Shown here piece after piece: positions 50,059-62,782 of a stretch of DNA of 64,000 bases. The translations under genes and the position numbers were made by a program. The notes under the pieces are model-generated. The model was not told the origin of the DNA, did no database searches, and saw only the letters and a list, made by a program, of their open reading frames with translations. This stretch comes from Carcharhinus longimanus (lineage: Eukaryota), in contig JASCQW010000001.1 in assembly GCA_030264375.1 (NCBI GenBank), positions 100,004,222 to 100,068,221 on the forward strand. Reading direction: 5' to 3'. Positions within the stretch are counted from its first letter, which is position 1. Each line of letters begins with the position of its first letter.

Positions 50059-51055
50059 ACTAAATGTTCCTTAAAAATGACAAAATGCCCGTTTCTGATT
50101 GAAAACCGATGTGTTTCTCTGCAGAAACACAGCCAGGTTTTCTCTGAACTGCTGACACTGTCAAAAATAAATGACTGGGTGTATTTAGCACCATCATTCT
50201 GGTGGGAAAGGGCCTAATGGAGCCAGCCACAGAGATCAGGGTGTCCATTTTAAAGTAAAGGCCCCTTCACCCAAGAGACATCAGGATCCCTGACAAACAA
50301 GGGGAACAGCCCCAACTCTAGAATACAAAGGGAAAGAAAAGAAACATGTTCAAGATTTGTCATTTTGTTTTAAAATACCCAGGAGATTGGAGAGTCTATC
50401 ATTCCCCCATTTCTTTCTTTGTACCAACACCTTGGCCAATTAGGGTTGACTTGCTAATCAATCAGCATCCTTCACTCTTGTACTATAAATTATTGGGATC
50501 ATTTGAAATTTGGCATTCTTATGTTTGTCCTGAGGAGTCCAAGATGAGGAACTTTAGTAACATATCTCTCTTTTCGGCAGTATTCACATGTGAACTAAGT
50601 AAAAAACGGTCAGCTATACTTGACAATGAAACTGAATTTATAATGGAATATCGAAGAGAAAAATCAGATTTATTGAGATATCCAATATGCTCTGTAACTA
50701 AAGTACTTACTGATTATTTTAAAATGATGGGGTTCAGTAACTTTACCAGGAAGTTAAGCACATGAAGTAGGATACAACTTCTGCTTAGCAAATACCATAG
50801 AATAAGAAAAGCTGAGCCAGTGGCTTTTTGTACATGGACAATTGGGAGCTTACCTTATTGTACTTGACCATAGAGTAGATACCTTGATTCCAAACTCAAA
50901 ATAGCATGACAAATTATTTATGATTTAATTGGTCCTTTTTAATCTGTCAGTAGTTGCTTGGCTAGAGGTTTTCAAAATTGCAATTTGGAATCCATTTCCT
51001 TTGTAAATAATTACAAATCTTTTTGTCCTTGCATTTTGTGTTCTTGTGGAATTGG

Positions 51056-51237
51056 TTTAAAGTTTATTTATTAGTATCACAAGTAGGCTTACAATAACAC
51101 TGCAATGAAGTCACTGTGAAAATCCCCTAGTCCCACATTCCTGTTTGGGTACACTGAGGGAGAATTTAACAAGGCCAATGCACCTAACCAGCACATCTTT
51201 CAGACAGTGGGAGAAAACCAATGCAGGCACAGGGAAA
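51056..51237 (-). mobile_element. HE1-like SINE, tail B, 5'-truncated
   Basis: TTTAAAGTTTATTTATTAGTATCACAAGTAGGCTTAC...CACTGAGGGAGAATTTA, as at 313-470. Confidence 0.88.
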
Positions 51238-53369
51238 CGATGCAGATTCTGAAGATGTCCATCAATTGCAGAATCATATAATTCTGGTATTTAGAATCCA
51301 ATGTTTTTAAACCAGATGATAGCATTATGAAAACTCAAAAGCAAATTTACTTTCAACTGAGTACCACAGCAAAGCAGCCAATGTTTTGGCACAGTGATTA
51401 CCGGTGAATTGTTAGTCCTTCAAAGTGCTGAAATGGAACTAGGTTTTCCTTCCTTACAGCTATTCCTATTAAAGGCAATTTGTACCATGAACAAATGCTT
51501 TCTTTTTCAGCTTCCAATTTAAACACTGACCGGCAGTTTTGTTCTAACACTCGCAAGAGCACTTATGGGTCAATTGCAGTGGAACATTTGCTTTATCAAT
51601 ACAGCTCAAACTCCGAATTTGCCTATAAAACTTCCGCTCACGTAGAAGGCTGCATAAGGTCAGATAAACTAGTTTCAGTTACTCGGCAATCTTTTAAGTT
51701 GGTAAGTTTGATACTTTGTTGGTATGCTAAGAACGCATTATCTATAGACTCCGAGTAACTGCTGTATATGGAATTATCAACGTACATGATGTTTTTAAGC
51801 TATCTGGATACAAACTCTGACATGCAACCCAGGAATACTGTGAAAGCCAACAATCATGTACTTGGGTTGGGAAGGAGGTGTTTGTGTTGGCAGAATCTCA
51901 CTGCTGACGTGCTGAGAATGAGACAGCTGATAATGACATCTATTAACGTTTAGTGAAGGTGAAACAAGTGCAAGCATAGTGCCTCTCAGCAGTTTATTTT
52001 ATCATTAGGATTGGATAAAATGCCGAGAAATCAATGTGCCAGATAAGGAATAACTGTCGATGAAGCCATTGGAATTTGGGGTGAGGGTATGGCTTGGGAT
52101 TGGGGAAATGGACTTTTTCTTTCTTGTGCTTTTGGAACAAATAATAGATTAAATGGCGGGAACTAGGTTTGCCATCATACATGCTTGATTTACTGAATGG
52201 AAAATTAATTTTAAAATATTAGTCCAGTACAGTTGGCCATTGTATAGCAGCAGTGAACCCCACTGCACACATTCTTGTTCCATCATTTCTTCTGTGAATC
52301 CAAGAAGTTTCACTGATGCCTTCAATAAAACCCAATGTGTTCAATGGATTCAAAAATATTACGTAGGATGAAATCCTGTGTCCTTCCTTGTGAATGGTTG
52401 GATGGCGGGCAGGGGGGCATTTAGTCATGGGAGGGTTAGGTGGGGGTGGAAATCCCACTTCCTGCCACTAACTGGCCTCTTCCTGCTGTTGCTATTGTTA
52501 ATGCAGAGGCTGGTTGGGGGCTTACGATGCAGGAAGCCTGACATACAAACCATAGCTTGTTTGTTTGTATGTTCCAAGTTTGGGAGTGGAAGGTGTATGG
52601 CTCCCTTGTTCAAAGGTAGTTAATGCCTGATTGAGGGACCCTGCACTGGGAAAGTGGGCCTGTTGAGAGCAAAAAGTTTGTTGTCGTTGCCCATCCCTGT
52701 ATCCCCTGCTCACAGTCTCTCACCTATACCTGAGTCCCTCCTCTTGATTTGAGTGGATGGGTGTAGTATCCGTGGCAGTCACTGCCTTCCTTGTGGGGCT
52801 GCTGAAAACAGACAAGTTGATGGCTTGACCAGGAGATCTCAGCAAGTGGGGCTGCTCCTGCAACACCCTCCCCCTGCCCCCACCCCTGTGCCCACACCCC
52901 CACCCCTAATCTCCTCCCAATTACAGGACAAATCTGGGACACTTGGGCACTATCCCTGCAGAGGACAGACCTTGTGGATAAGGGGAGGGGATGGTGTTAT
53001 CTGATTTAGAAAGGAGGCTGTTGAGTAATGCACCCCCATTTTCATGCTGAGGCCTCAGCAGAGTGACTTGCTAGGCTCCCCTCCTTGACCCTGAGCACAT
53101 GCCTGAAAATTGATACCAGGAACAAAACGGCCATTAGGAGCTCATTATAAGGCCTCAATTGGGGCTAAGGTGGGCATTGCTTGCCCCACCATAAAATTGT
53201 GGAGCGGTCAGATTGGGCAGGAGGTTGGAGGTAAGGGCATTGTGGAATATAATGGACCACCTACACCCCCACCTTCCCTGCGTGAAGCCTGATGAAGGGT
53301 GACCATATAGTTCTACCCCTGGATTATTGTGTACAATTGGTCATTTGCCACAGGAAAGATATACATCCT

Positions 53370-53815
53370 CTAGTACGGTGCAATTGATTCCTGGGGTGAA
53401 AGAACTGTCCTTTGAGAAGAGATTCTGCAAAATAGACTGATTGGAAGATAGCAATGTGATCTCATTAAAATTAGTAAAATCTTGGGAGGCTTAATATGGT
53501 AGGCGCTGGAAGGATGTATCCATGGCTACAATCAAGGGTCATAGTTTCAGGATCATGTGTCTGCAATTTAGGACTAAGGTGATGAAAAATTTTCTAAATT
53601 GGAAGACTATGAATGCTCAGATGGTGCACATATTCAGTGCAGAGATCAATAGTTAATAGATCAATTGATCTTTAGGCTCTAAAGGATTCAAGGAATTCTG
53701 GTTGGGGTTTTGAAAGTGGAGTTGATGTAGAAGTTCATTCATGATCATATTGGATGGTGGGGCAGACTCAAGGGGCCATAAGGTCTACTTCTGCTCTGAT
53801 TCATTATGTTCTTAA
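53370..53815 (+). mobile_element. Old CR1 LINE 3' end
   Basis: Degraded match to 56800-57258, with tail GGCAGACTCAAGGGGCCATAAGGTCTACTTCTGCTC. Confidence 0.75.
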
Positions 53816-56794
53816 ATAGGAAGTGCATACAGATTGATTGTATTTCAAGTAACTGTGGCCAGAAATCCTTGATTAAACATTGTCTGTGATCTTTGAAATA
53901 GAAGCAAAGCATTTTGAGAAAGTACATGAAACTATGACTTATAATCAAGATAGGAGCAGATAGATATATTCTGCTGCTTTTAAATTGCTTGTATAAATTC
54001 TCAATAAATAAGTGGTTTGTTACAATAGGAGTAGTTGACATGACAATGAGAAAATCTTGAAATACATATAATTACATTGACTGATTTTATCTTAATAGCT
54101 CCAAATCTTTTCAGAAGATACTTTACTTGTCTCTGGTCCTGTATTTTGAGATCATTTGTCAGTTTATAGCCTGCATGCGCACATACTTGTGTGTCTGTTC
54201 TTGTGAGCCTGTACTTCCATTTGTCAAAACAGTGGACAAACGACACTGGTTTATTGTACCTAAGATGCACAAGAAGTTTGGCTGTATTTGCATTTACAGT
54301 TTTCATTGCAGAAAGCTGGATTCACAGTTTATTTACTTAACAGACTTTTTCAACATGAGGGAACACTTAGAAACATTTGAAATTAGGGTCCATGGTAAAC
54401 AGAAACCATGTCATGCAGTGGTTTTAGTAGCTTCCAAATATAACCCTCACTAAAATTAAAACCTCATAGGTCTTATGTAGCACCCCTGAAAGAGCTGTTG
54501 CCATTTTTTGCAGGCCTGTTTACCAGGTCACAGCACTTGGAGTTTGATTTTGAAGGTCGCCTTCACTGAATCTGGGTTCAAGCAGGAGTCGGGCTTGATG
54601 TATTTAAATAAGGCCCAAAGCCTCACATCAGTGAGACAGAGTGAGTCTGACATTCAACAACCCAAGTCCAAATCATTTATTTATACACTAAGAACAGAGA
54701 GACTCGGCACTGTTGCCTCACATGCACCACCTATAACCTTTCTACATATTTTCTTTTTGTGTGTTTCTACATATCCTCTTATGCCAAAAGCTAGACTTAT
54801 TCTCTCAAGCCCTGTGTGAGGCATTATATTGAACATTTTCTGAACACACTCTATTTACTGAATTCTCCCAAACTACCCAATCAATCATGTCTTTCTTCAA
54901 CCAATCCATTTCTCATGGTCACAATTTTATCCCACATTCTGGATTGTGAAGTGTTTGCCCACAACTTGACATTAGACTGCTTGGTGTCAATATATTCGTC
55001 CCTCCTGTCTTGGCTACATTGGCAACTCTGCTGTCAATAACACAATTTATTTACTTAAAAAAGAGAGAAACATTTAAGCCAGAGGCTCTGCTGCATTTTC
55101 TAACAATTATTTCAATTTATTCTCCAGTACGTCTAATTCTTCCTTCCATCATCATTTGCAAAGAAGAAATGTAGAATATTTATTTATTTGCATAGACACT
55201 GAGAGGCTTCATGACTATTTCCTTTCTTTAATTTTTCTGACAATGATGGTCCCTGTTAAGCAGATGACTGATGACACCGCGTGGTTACGGCAGGCCAATC
55301 AGGAAGATGGGTAAAGACAACATTCATTCATGCACATCTGGTGAAACACAGTTCAAAGCTCAATAGTTTTATGAAGAATTTTCAGTTCATTGAAAGCAAA
55401 GAGCACTGCAAGGTCATGGTTGGATCATACAGTGGAAGATTTGACAATTTATGTTTCCTTCAGAACCAAACATCATTTGGGTTACATGCAAGGAATTCTG
55501 GCAGGATTTCCAATTGAATATGTTGTGATTTGTATGGAGTGATTTTCTTAATGGCCCTCTATTGATTAATTGAGCATATGGAAAGTAGGAGCACGATGTA
55601 AATTATTGTATTTGGGAGGCAAACTAAAAACTCCTTCATTGTTCCTGCTCATGATCCCAGAGGTCAGCTTGCTTCTTTATAAAGTCAGCATATAGCTCCG
55701 TGGGGTAATAAATCTCCTTCATTTCCAATAGCTAAATCTCTACAGTGGAATTTTTCTCTCTGCAGTAGTGTTCATGTTGGTTAGTTCTTTAACTGTCACA
55801 CACATTGTTGGAAGTTTAAAATTTCTACTCCCCTATTAATTTTCTTCCCATTTAAAGGAGTGAATTATTGAGCTTGTTAATATGAATGATGGTCTGCATT
55901 ATGAAATAGAACCTTTTTCCCTTTCAACATCAGCAACAAGCAGTCCAAAACGTCTGTAAGTCATGATTTACAATGGGCAAGAGCGCCGTGTATTCTGGTC
56001 CAGTGATCAAGAGGATTTTTAGCACCAGGGCACTAGTTTTCTATCTGACCCGCAGAGAAGAATCTGATGTACATTTTGGAGACATGTTTCTCCACCTGAT
56101 TCCATTTTCAGCAAAGCCACCAGATGGGCACAAAAACAGGCAGGAGGCTGGTTGATTCTACAAAGTGGGGTCCAACTGTGGGTGAAAAAGTCCAACTGAT
56201 GTTTTACAAATGGGCAGGGCAGGCTACAGCCCATGTGTCATTCACTGAGAGGCCAAACCAGGAAGATGCTCAGCAGAAAGTAAGTTTAAAACAAAATGAT
56301 TTTTCTGGGTTCCAGAAGAGTCTTCTTTTGAATCCATGCAAAGCTTGAAGCCTATTCTCCTTGCCACTCCCATTACTCCCTGAAAGATTTGCTCTTCTTC
56401 CTCCCTGAAAGCTGTCTGATTTTCCACCCTCTGAAACAGCAATCTATAGCAGAGTGTCCAAATGGTGTCTGCAGCTGGCTAGTAGAGTTCAAATATGGCC
56501 TTGGGTGGACGGAGTGAAATCACCATTGACATTGGGCCCAAAAGTCTCAGAAGTCCCTGTAGTCCATCAGACTCCCATTTCCATTGATTGCAGCAACTAG
56601 TTGTATTTCTGCAACAGGCCACTAAATGCAAATTAATGTCAACTTTTAGGCACTTGCGTAATGTGGATTTCAGAAAAATGAGAATAAATATGGTACAAAA
56701 CCCCTTCTATTGCGATTTTAATAGAGCAGTTTTAATATTGCAGAGAGGAAGTTTAATTGCATCCTTGTGGGTGGACTCCTCGCACCATCTCCAG

Positions 56795-57258
56795 AAATTC
56801 AAGGATAGTGAGCTAACCCGGTGTTACAAGAGATTGAACAGTTTAGGCCGATAATCTCTGGAATCTAGAAGAATGAGGGGAGATCAAATTGAGGTATACA
56901 AGGTGATAAAAGGTATGAATAGAAATGGAGTGGATGCTTCCTCTTGAGGGGCATTCTAGGACCAGAAGTCATAGACTTAGGATAAGGGGTAACAAATTTA
57001 AAACAGAGTCGAGGAGAAACTGTTTCTCCCAAAGGGTTGTGAATCTGTGGAATTTGCTACCCCAAAGTGCGGTGGATGCTGAGACAGTGAGTAAATTTAA
57101 GGAGGAGTTAGACAGATTTTTAATTGATGATGGGTTGAAGGATTATGGGGAGAAGGCAGGAAAATGAGGATGAGGAGCATATCAGCCATGATCGAATGGC
57201 AGAGCGAACTCAATGGGCTGAATGGCCTAATTCTGCTCCTATATCTTATGAACTTATG
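56795..57258 (+). mobile_element. CR1 LINE 3' end
   Basis: Peptide SRTRSHRLRIRGNKFKTESRRNCFSQRVVNLWNLLPQSAVDAETVSKFKEELDRFL is the canonical CR1 ORF2 C-terminus. Confidence 0.95.
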
Positions 57259-58839
57259 AGCGACATACTTTGGGATTTTCAGTGGCAGAGACGGTCCACA
57301 ATGGGCCGGTGGTGGAATCTTCCAGTTCCGCTGCTGTCATGGGGATTTCCCATTAATTGACCCCACTGCTGCTGCGGCATCTATGGTGGGGGTCACCATT
57401 GGCAGGACCAGAAAATTCCATTGGTGGAAGCAGATGGAAAATTCCACTCACCGTAATTTGAATATTAACATTAAGATTGGCGGTGATTCCTGACCTCAGG
57501 TGAGAAATAACCTCAAGTGAGAATGTTTAGTCATCGAACTGGGTGCAAAATGGGCTTATGACTACAGTCCTGTAATTAGCTTATTTCTATCTATGTAGTG
57601 AAACCCACAGCACCAAACCTCCATGCTATTTCCATTGCCTGGATTTTCATGGAATTGGGAGCCCTTCAAAAATGGCTGGCAGGCCCCAATTCTGGGAATC
57701 CTGATCCCATTCTCAGGCTTCAGGTGAGCTTTTGGAGGGTGCAGTTTGGGTTGGGTCAAAAGCCCATATTCCCACCCTGGCTGGCTCAATTGCAGAGATG
57801 GGCATGCCCTAATGCTCTGCAATTTTTATGGAGTCAGGCCAGTTTTTTTTTTAAAGACTCTTGGTTCACGACCCCCCAGACGAGACATGAACCAGAGTCT
57901 GCATGAGAGGCCCTTTAAAATGCAAGTTCAAAAGGCCCTACTCATGCCCCCTATGTCAAGCTGTGGCTGGTGGTGAATCTGAGCCCCAGGGAAATCATTG
58001 CTCGATAAAAGAGCAGAGATTGCACAATGTTCATTTACAAAAGGCTAAAGGGCTTATGTTATTTATACCTTAAATGGGCTGGATGATTGACATTTATTTC
58101 TCAATAGCAAAAGGACTGTTAACATAGTGGAACATTATAAATTATTGTTTTATTTTAAAGATTTCTTTTACACATTCTATGTTCACTATAGGGTGCATTG
58201 ATTCAATGCAATGCATTGTGTGCCTATTGGCATGGAATTGCTATACCCTGGCATGTGCATGCATGTTTGTTCTGTTTGCTGACCCAGACATCTAATTAAC
58301 ATATATTAAAATGTGGGCCTGTTGCAGTGTTTGGCCCTCCCAGGTACCACTACTCGTATCAGGAGATGAGTAGCAAGACAATTAAATATGTTCTTTGACA
58401 CTAAACCTTAATACAGTCACATCCATGAGCTTTTTTTGGTGTATGTGCACTGTAGCTTATAATCCATACCAAACACCAACAATGTATCAGATTTCTTTAG
58501 CAAAGGGTCATCTGGACTCGAAACATCAGCTCTTTTCCCTCTTTACAGATGCTGCCAGACCTGCTGAGATGTTCCAGCATTTTCTCTTTTGGTTTCAGTT
58601 CTAGCATCCGCAGTAATTTGCTTTCATCAGATTGCTTGCATGGGATCTTATTATACATTCTTCACAGTTGTTTTTACCTCCCAGTAAACAAAGGGGGGGT
58701 GAAACTCCTGTCCTTATTGACAAGCATTGTTTCCTGTTTCAAAACCATTCCCACTTCAAAGTCAATATAGTTTCATCTCTTTTATTTATTACACAACACT
58801 AGAGCTGCTCAACATGACTGCCAGCCCCAGATGAAAATT

Positions 58840-58875
58840 CTGCCACCTGGTGGCTAGGAGTGATATAGCAATGTT
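58840..58875 (-). promoter_or_regulatory. Candidate CTCF binding site
   Basis: Minus strand GCCACCAGGTGGCAG matches the CTCF core; TGCTAT lies 17 nt before the CC, near the upstream-motif position. Confidence 0.5.
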
Positions 58876-59199
58876 CATTCTGCTCAGGGGCCACACTGAA
58901 TTGGGGCTGAATTTAGTAAGAGCCAACTACTGTAAAACTCTCTGCATGGTAACTCTTTTCTTTAACAATACACAGAATATAGTTGACAAAAATTGAATGG
59001 TAGGCAAAAGAACTGAAAGAAAAAAATAAGTTTGGCTCCAAAGAGACTACAATTTGTTCAATTTAGGAAACCCTTCTGGTGCCTAATCTGTCTTGGCAGT
59101 AATTTGAATATGAAGAGATCAATCAATTTTTTTTTTAAACCTGCCCAATAATTAATCCTTGTGAGAATTACTTTAAATAATCAGTTGAAGTTATGTACA

Positions 59200-59493
59200 C
59201 TGTCCAGAGGAGAAGTAAACCAAGGCTGTGTCTCCCCTCTCTGCTGGACATAAAAGATCCATGACAACTCTTTTCAAAGAGGGATCAGTGAGATCTCTCA
59301 GGTGTCTTGGCTGATATTTATTACTTAGCCAATACCTACAGTAGATGAGCTGGTCATTTATCTCATTACTATTTGTGCAAATGTGTTTCCTGCAGTACTA
59401 TCGTGGCTACTCTTCAAAACCTAGTTAATTGCTGTTTTGAGATATACCGAAGTCATCAGGTGTATAAATAAATTCAAGTTCTTTTCTTTCTTT
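59200..59493 (+). mobile_element. Ancient Deu-domain SINE (AmnSINE1/SacSINE1-like), degraded
   Basis: GGACATAAAAGATCCATGACA...GGTGTCTTGGCTGATATTTAT...CTGGTCATTTATCTCATTACTATTTGTG...ATAAATTCAAGTTCTTTTCTTT follows the recalled Deu-SINE consensus order. Confidence 0.7.
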
Positions 59494-62400
59494 CTGTGAC
59501 ACTGCAGTCCTATAGATTCTATACTTACTTCTGGGTTAAGCAATCGTGTTTTACAAAGTGTAGACAAGAACATAATTCTGGTGGAAGATGTAAGCTTATT
59601 TCTGATTATTACTACATGACGTTGATGTTGCTAGGGGCCTGGTGCACGCCTGTCATTCTGTCCCTTTTCTAGCCAGTGACAGCAGGTGTGCAGGGGCGAG
59701 TACATTTCATTGAGATAAAGCCTATGGTGGCTGTGAGGTGAACAGGACTGACAGGCAAGGATCATTTTTCAAAAGTGGGCTTCACACCAAATTCAGACAC
59801 GTCAGAAATCTGGGGGCAGAGATGACGGGTTGTACTTTATGCATAGCAGTGACCTTGGTAACAGCAGGGTGGACTAAGAAAAACTCTCTTAGAATTTGAT
59901 GACCTAGTGTGACAAGAATCATCGCTGTTCCACTGGCTTAGGAGAGGTCAAGGTCTATGGAGTTAAAACGAAAGCGCAGACATGCAATCTTCATTTTATC
60001 TTTGGATCTGATCCTACCTACCTGTAGTCGTAATTACATCCTACTGACTACATAGCCATACATGGGAAACATTCAAGCAAGTAAATCAAAGCGATGACGT
60101 TAGCAGCTGCTGGGCCTTAGCCTCTCTCTTTCTCAAAAATCCCAATGGGCTCAAGTCTCAAATGGCTTCTGTGAAATCAATTCTCTCTCAGAAACTGTAT
60201 TCAGTGAAATTAGGGATGACAGATCTACATTACTCAGGGATGGTCCTTGGGCAAGAATATTTAAATTTGGATTTTTTAGCACTATATATAAGAGGGTTTC
60301 CAAAAGGGTGGAAAAGAAATGTCTATTTGATAACTTTTCAATGACGGCAATGATTTTACATACTTATTAAATATAAAGCTTGTAATAATTGAAGCACTGT
60401 CATAGCTTTACACGCAGAACAGTCAGCATCGATTCAGTGTTATTGCAGCAATTTTCCTCCATTGATGTTATCATATCCTGCAGTGATTTTAGAATCACTC
60501 ACCACATTCAACTATCATTTGATATTTACTGCGTGCTGGAGATTGGTTGTGATCCAGGAAAGCAGTGATACTGAACGGAAGGAGTATTCCTACTCATTTC
60601 CCATTAATCATAGGGGTTCAGGCCAGTGCAGTCGCAGATGGCCTCATCTTTAAGATAGTAACAAACCAGACTCGTGCTTAGACTTTACTATGTTTATGCA
60701 ACACAGTCATTCATGAGCTATCAGGGCAGCTGTTTATCTTCCTTGAGATCAAAGAAATACCGAGGCACAGCACATTGAGGGAAATCAGATATTGAAGATC
60801 ACAGCACATAACAAACCCTGTCTGATTCAACTTTCCCTTTTGTTCTTCTCTCAGGATTTTGCTTCACTTTCACTTTTCTCTAATCCCTCACTCATTACCC
60901 CATTCTGCTCATCTCCAATTCCGACTCCTCAACTTAAATATGTCGGGTGCTGGTGAAAACGCTCGTCTGGTCACACCAAAGACGATGGCAAATGGACCAT
61001 TGCCGTGGGCTCCTCGACTCAGACTTGCGTTGGGAATCTCCTTTTAGAGAAGGTTTTTTCTCAGGCGCTGCAAAGCCAGCAGAGGATTGGCATGGACCTC
61101 GTTTACATGCTGAATCTGCAGTTTCCATCATAGCAATGGATGAAGACGTGAGAGACACAGGAAATTCTTGCATAAAACAAAAATAGGAAGTGCTGAAAAT
61201 ACTCAGCAGGTCTGGCACCATCTGTGGAGAGAGAAAGAGTTAACGTGACTCTTCTTTGGAACTGAAAACTTGTGTATTGGTTGTTCCAAATTCAGTTTAT
61301 TTCTTCAGGTAGAGGAGCTGATAGGTTTCAGGCAGATTCAACCAATGATCTGCAGCCCCTCATTCTGAACTTTGCATCCTCCACACCACCGAATGTTATC
61401 ATTCTTCTCCAAGCTTAGAATTCTCCTGGGTGCCCAGCTTTGCTTATTTCCCTAAGTTCTCAACTTTCATCACTCACCTTGTCCCGTATCCCCCCCCTAC
61501 TTTACTGGCAATTCCTCTGCACCATCTTTATGTTCTCATTTATTGAGCCCTTCAGAATTGGGTTATCAGTCCCCAGGTTCTCCCCATCTCCATCATTCCC
61601 CGAACCACCTGATTGTATGTTTCAATCTGAGTCTTTCCTGGCTCCATTTATACCTTGCTCTGCAAGTACAGCTCTTTCCATCCATACCATCTCCCATCCA
61701 CTATTTCAATGCCCAGAGCCCAATATGTCCAAACCTTAGTCTCCTCTTCAAACCTCCTGAACCATTCTTTCCATACCAGTGAGACATGGACACCCAACCA
61801 ACGAGAACCAGGTCAGATTGAGAGCAGAGCTCAGTACCATTCTCAATCATTATAAACTTAAAATGGTGATCACATCTTCACAAAACATGTGAAAGGTTTC
61901 ACAAGAAACCCTTTCATCCCAAATAACAGTACAGGAAATCACCATGTTCACTTCACATGGATTTCAATCTAACCCCCACAGTTTTTAAAAGTTTTTTTTT
62001 CTTATCATTTAGACCCATTTTCATGAGTTTTTTGCATCTGTGCACATCACTGCGCATGCTGATTACATGGCGCATGCTGATTACATTCGCTGTCTGGGTC
62101 AAATGAATAATATGAAAACCAATGAATGGGAAATTTTGAGGCCCATTTCTACAATTCTGTGGGCAGCTATGTTCACTGGCAGTGAAGAGAACCAGGTGCA
62201 CTGTGCAGTATCCCAGTTTCTTAATACACAGCTTCATCCCATATGCCTCCACATTGTCAATGCACAATTATTTCTTCGTTTTATTCTACACCTGTTCCCA
62301 GCATTATTAAAGAGGACTGTGGATGAGACCTACCACAGACCTACCTGTTGTACGCGTGGATCATATATGCCATAGTTGGGATATCTGTGAACCTGATATA

Positions 62401-62659
62401 CCATAGGTAGTCACCTGTTGACTTATTACACCTTGGGTTAGACAGTGTGCGAAGACCTTCCTGCTTGAAACGTGCAATGTAGCCAAGCACCAGTGACAGA
62501 TTCCACTCCAACTTTGTTTGAGTCTTTCCATTTCTGAAATGAATATGTCTATTCTGACTAAATTGCTCAAATTCATGCCAAGCACATAAAATTTGAAGGC
62601 AGTTTTGTGTTGTGCGCTCTATCTACTGAATTATCTTGATGCTGGCCCAGCATTTCACT

Positions 62660-62782
62660 TACAGTCATTGACAGCTGCAGAAGAGAAAGGACTTCCATCC
62701 CTTCGTCTGGATCTGGGTTTGAACTCAGCTCTTAAAGGTCAAAGGACATTGTTGTAACCTACTGTGCTGCTGAATCCTCTCC
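62660..62782 (-). mobile_element. Degraded tRNA-like SINE head
   Basis: Minus strand has B-box-like GAGTTCAAACCC preceded by CAGCAGCACAGTAGG. Confidence 0.4.
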
